From Chthoniobacterales bacterium (GTDB lineage Bacteria > Verrucomicrobiota > Verrucomicrobiia > Chthoniobacterales > JACTMZ01), in the NCBI GenBank assembly GCA_021463515.1, contig JAJTYZ010000014.1:8565-72564 (forward strand): a stretch of 64,000 nt of DNA, written 5' to 3'. Made by a program: the position numbers and the translations under genes. The notes below the pieces were generated by a model. The model ran no database searches. It saw nothing but the letters and a program-made list of their open reading frames with translations, and was not told the origin of the DNA. Positions 61,256-64,000 of this stretch are shown piece by piece (the first letter of the stretch is position 1; every line of letters begins with the position of its first letter).

Positions 61256-62403
61256 GGTGCCACCCCCGGGATATCTTCTACCACGCGAATGCGCAGATGC
61301 GGACGCAGAGCCTTCTCGCTGTAAAGAACGAGACGATCACCAACGTCGAGACCTTCTTTAATTTGCACCCGCCCCTCAAGGTCGGCGCGCCCTAAAACTA
61401 CCGGCGTAAAAATCATTCCCTCCGAAGTCAATTTCCACACGCCGCGCCGCCCGCGATAGGCGTGCAAGGCGGCATTAGGAATGGTTGGCGTCGCAGGAAG
61501 GCGTGCCAACTGCACGGTTACTTCGGTTAGTTCGCCTACGGAAGGAAGCGGCATTGGCAATTGATCAAAAACAACTTTAGCCAACATCTCTTCGGTCACC
61601 ACATCCGCTTTCGGCTCAACACGTAAAATTTTCGCTGACAGTTTTTCTTCCGGACGTGACCGAAGAACAACTTGGCCCGCGAGACCGGATGTCAGGCCCT
61701 CCGCGCTAATTTGATCAAACCGCGTCTCCACCCACAGACTTGTAGGATCAATCATTTCCACCACCGTTTGTCCGGCAACAACCGTGGTTCCCGGGTCCAC
61801 CTCACGTGCCGTAACGAGCCCATCCACGGGTGCCACCAAACGTAAATTACTACTCTGCGCATTGAGGGCTTCCAGCTCCGAACGTCGCCGCGCCGCATCT
61901 TCTCGTGCCGCCTCCAGAGCGGCATCCGCGACCTTCAATTCCTGACGTTTTGTAGCGACAACCTCCTGACTCGTCGTCTGAGAAGCGAGCAACTTATCGT
62001 AGCGGTCGGCCTGCGCCTTGGCAAAAGTCCTGCGAGCTTCTTCCTGGCGCAATGCTGCTTCGGCACTTTTAATAGCCGCCTGCTGCGCCTCGATACGCTC
62101 GTGGAGGTCCACTGGGTCCATTTCTCCCAACACCTGCCCTGCTTGAACATAGTCTCCCACATCCACCTTCAACCACTTCACACGCCCGGGCACCGTTGGG
62201 CCAATTTGAAAAGTATAACGCGCTTGCACCGTACCAATCCCCGCTAATGCCGGTGCGATCGTCTGGGATTTCACGGTAGTTGTTGTCACCGCGACAGCTG
62301 CAAAAGGGCCTGTTCGCACCGCGACATAAGCAAACAACGCAAAGAGCGGAACCAGAACAGCGAGTACTTTTACTGTGTTACGGTTGAGGGAAAATTTTTT
62401 CAT
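61252..62403 (-). CDS. Periplasmic adaptor (HlyD/MFP, DevB-like)
   Basis: Signal anchor, a lipoyl-like segment (VKWLKVDVGDYVQAGQVLGEMD) and a coiled-coil hairpin region. Confidence 0.85.
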   Translation of the reverse strand: MKKFSLNRNTVKVLAVLVPLFALFAYVAVRTGPFAAVAVTTTTVKSQTIAPALAGIGTVQARYTFQIGPTVPGRVKWLKVDVGDYVQAGQVLGEMDPVDLHERIEAQQAAIKSAEAALRQEEARRTFAKAQADRYDKLLASQTTSQEVVATKRQELKVADAALEAAREDAARRRSELEALNAQSSNLRLVAPVDGLVTAREVDPGTTVVAGQTVVEMIDPTSLWVETRFDQISAEGLTSGLAGQVVLRSRPEEKLSAKILRVEPKADVVTEEMLAKVVFDQLPMPLPSVGELTEVTVQLARLPATPTIPNAALHAYRGRRGVWKLTSEGMIFTPVVLGRADLEGRVQIKEGLDVGDRLVLYSEKALRPHLRIRVVEDIPGVAP

Positions 62404-63011
62404 GGTTTCCTCCGAATTCCTCGTTGATAGATGGCAAAAACCTTCAGCGCATCACGCCCCACACGTGCCACGTCGCCTGCTAAAAGTGATTGCATGACCA
62501 GTCCCTGAATCATCCCAATAAACATCGTGATCGCCGCAGCTGTATCTAACGTTTCCGGAATTTCCTTTCTCGCTTTTCCTTGTTCAATGAGGCGTTGCAA
62601 AAGTGCGCGATAACGTTGCAGCAAGGATTCCACGATGGCTTTGGAAGATGATTTTTCCCCACGTTGTAACTCCGCAAAGATCATTCTAGGTACACCCGGA
62701 TGCTCGACAACAAAGCGTGCATGTTCCAAAAAAACAGCCTCCATAGCGGCAAGAGCTGATGTTGCTTCACGAGCGGGTTTTTCCAAACGCGCCACAAAGT
62801 GTTCTGCCACCCACTGCATCACCGCCTTAAAAATCGCATCCTTCGTCGGGAAATGCTTAAAAAGTGCTCCTTGCGTCACCCGCATTTTCTTGGCCAGTGC
62901 CATCGTGGTGATCTCGCTCGGATTCTTCTGCGCCGCCAAAGCAATCACCGCCTGCACCGTGGTACTCCGGCGCTCTTCCGCCGTCATGTATTTCGTTCGC
63001 GTTTTCATCAT
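62400..63011 (-). CDS. TetR/AcrR family transcriptional regulator
   Basis: N-terminal HTH ITTMALAKKMRVTQGALFKHFPTKDAIF. First gene of the efflux operon. Confidence 0.88.
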   Translation of the reverse strand: MMKTRTKYMTAEERRSTTVQAVIALAAQKNPSEITTMALAKKMRVTQGALFKHFPTKDAIFKAVMQWVAEHFVARLEKPAREATSALAAMEAVFLEHARFVVEHPGVPRMIFAELQRGEKSSSKAIVESLLQRYRALLQRLIEQGKARKEIPETLDTAAAITMFIGMIQGLVMQSLLAGDVARVGRDALKVFAIYQRGIRRKP

Positions 63012-63022
63012 TTCCTAAAAAT

Positions 63023-63044
63023 AGATAGTAATCACTTACTATCT
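63023..63044. promoter_or_regulatory. Perfect 9-bp inverted repeat; candidate TetR operator
   Basis: AGATAGTAA-tcac-TTACTATCT, 12 nt upstream of the TetR start codon. Confidence 0.5.
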
Positions 63045-63117
63045 TTTTGAAACATTGTCAAATCTGCCGCGTCCGTTTCGCATTGACGCCTTCCTCCTAA
63101 GCGACGATTTAAGAAAC

Positions 63118-63483
63118 ATGGAAAACACCCCGCCGCCCCTTCCTTCCAAAGGCGATGAAAGCTGGGCCATTGCATTACATCTCAGCGGATTTTCCGGGCT
63201 TCTCCTCCCTTCCTTTGGGCAAATCCTCGTTCCCCTCGTTATTTGGCTCCTCAAACGCTCAGAAAGCACCTATCTCGATCGCGTCGGCAAAGAAGTCCTA
63301 AATTTTCAAATCAGCTACACGATTTATATGCTCCTTGCCGCCGCTCTTTGCTACGTGTGCATTGGGTTTATTATTTTGCCCGTTATCTTCGTACTGTGGG
63401 TAATTTTCACCATCATTGCCGCCGTTAATACGAGCAATGGGAAAAGCTATGCCTACCCATTCACTATTTGTTTTTTGGGATAA
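63118..63483 (+). CDS. DUF4870-like small membrane protein
   Basis: ESWAIALHLSGFSGLL.P.FGQILVPLVIWLLKR...LDRVGKEVLNFQISYTIY matches my recollection of the family. ATG at 63118 preferred. Confidence 0.65.
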   Translation: MENTPPPLPSKGDESWAIALHLSGFSGLLLPSFGQILVPLVIWLLKRSESTYLDRVGKEVLNFQISYTIYMLLAAALCYVCIGFIILPVIFVLWVIFTIIAAVNTSNGKSYAYPFTICFLG

Positions 63484-63648
63484 CGCAATCTCAGCGAGCG
63501 TGAAAACCTCGAAGTCTGAAATCCCACGCACGGCACGCTCAAATGCCTGCGTATTCGCCGCACGCGCACACTTGGAGGCAAGAGCCTGCACATACACAAA
63601 GCGTAAGGCATCGTTAGGCCAAAGATGCACCTGCCTTCAGCGTGCGAT

Positions 63649-63677
63649 TTGACAAAGCGCACCCTTTCGGCAAAAGT
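63649..63677 (+). promoter_or_regulatory. Candidate promoter upstream of tmRNA
   Basis: Perfect TTGACA at 63649..63654, a 17-nt spacer, then a weak -10 AAAAGT ending 10 nt before the tmRNA 5-prime end. Confidence 0.3.
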
Positions 63678-63687
63678 GGTGTTGTTA

Positions 63688-64000
63688 GGGGGCGTATTTG
63701 GTTTCGACTTATGGTGCGAAACGACGTCTGCATGCCGAGGTTGATCAGTTGGCCTCGTTAAAAGCTGATCAAACAAATAACAGCAGAGAACGAAGATCTC
63801 GCTCTCGCGGCTTAATCGTCCGCGACGGTTTCCCATTGACGCCTGCTAGGCGGGGAGCTGACGACAGCAGGCAACTCAGTGGCGGGGTCGCCCGCCGCTA
63901 CTGAGAATCTTCCCGTGGACGATAGGACAAAGGTAGCGCGTCGCCGAGCAGCCCGAGTCCGAATACTCACCGGCGGCTAAGCATGTAGTGGGCAGCGATC
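63688..64000 (+). ncRNA. ssrA: tmRNA (SsrA), 5-prime portion; truncated by the window end
   Basis: GGGGGCGTATTTGGTTTCGAC...GCATGCCGAGG...GTTGGCCTCGTTAAAAGC parallels the E. coli tmRNA 5-prime region. The tag frame GCA GAG AAC GAA GAT CTC GCT CTC GCG GCT TAA spans 63783..63815. Confidence 0.88.

Overview
This 64-kb window is a gene-dense, mostly housekeeping chromosomal segment of about 60 genes. The gene content suggests a Verrucomicrobiota-like bacterium: a PEP-CTERM-anchored protein with autotransporter-associated beta-strand (PATR) repeats, a GntR-HTH/LacI-type hybrid regulator, and many Gfo/Idh/MocA oxidoreductases. This taxonomic call is inference only. Recognisable blocks, in order:
- a sugar-oxidation cluster (1-8020)
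- a Mla/MCE-type lipid ABC transporter with a STAS-MlaE fusion (8120-11642)
- two CNNM-type proteins, a CysJ-like flavoprotein and mpl
- a seven-gene Mrp antiporter operon in the order E-F-G-B-C-D-D
- malQ, ilvA, pdxJ, a DEAD-box helicase and lysS
- a regulator, a CBM-like protein and a PATR/PEP-CTERM surface protein
- xerC, an L,D-transpeptidase and ccsA-resB
- a GH2 beta-galactosidase, purF-purM, rplI-dnaB and an opgG-X-opgH operon
- tRNA-Asp, an ABC-F ATPase and pnuC with a NadR-like kinase
- a TetR-controlled DevBCA-like efflux operon, and the 5-prime part of tmRNA at the window end.
I found no convincing novel multi-gene system such as a defence island. The observations most worth a second look are:
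- a RAYT-type Y1 transposase gene bracketed by three copies of a 30-nt REP-like palindromic element that also forms the 3-prime ends of neighbouring ORFs
- three disrupted genes: in-frame TGA codons in lacZ and in the RAYT gene, and a +1 frameshift in a glycoside-hydrolase-like gene
- an unknown tail-anchored ORF wedged between opgG and opgH
- a perfect 9+9 palindrome in front of the TetR gene
- a 283-nt antisense overlap between an alpha/beta hydrolase ORF and mpl.
All family assignments come from motif recognition by eye. No database search was run.
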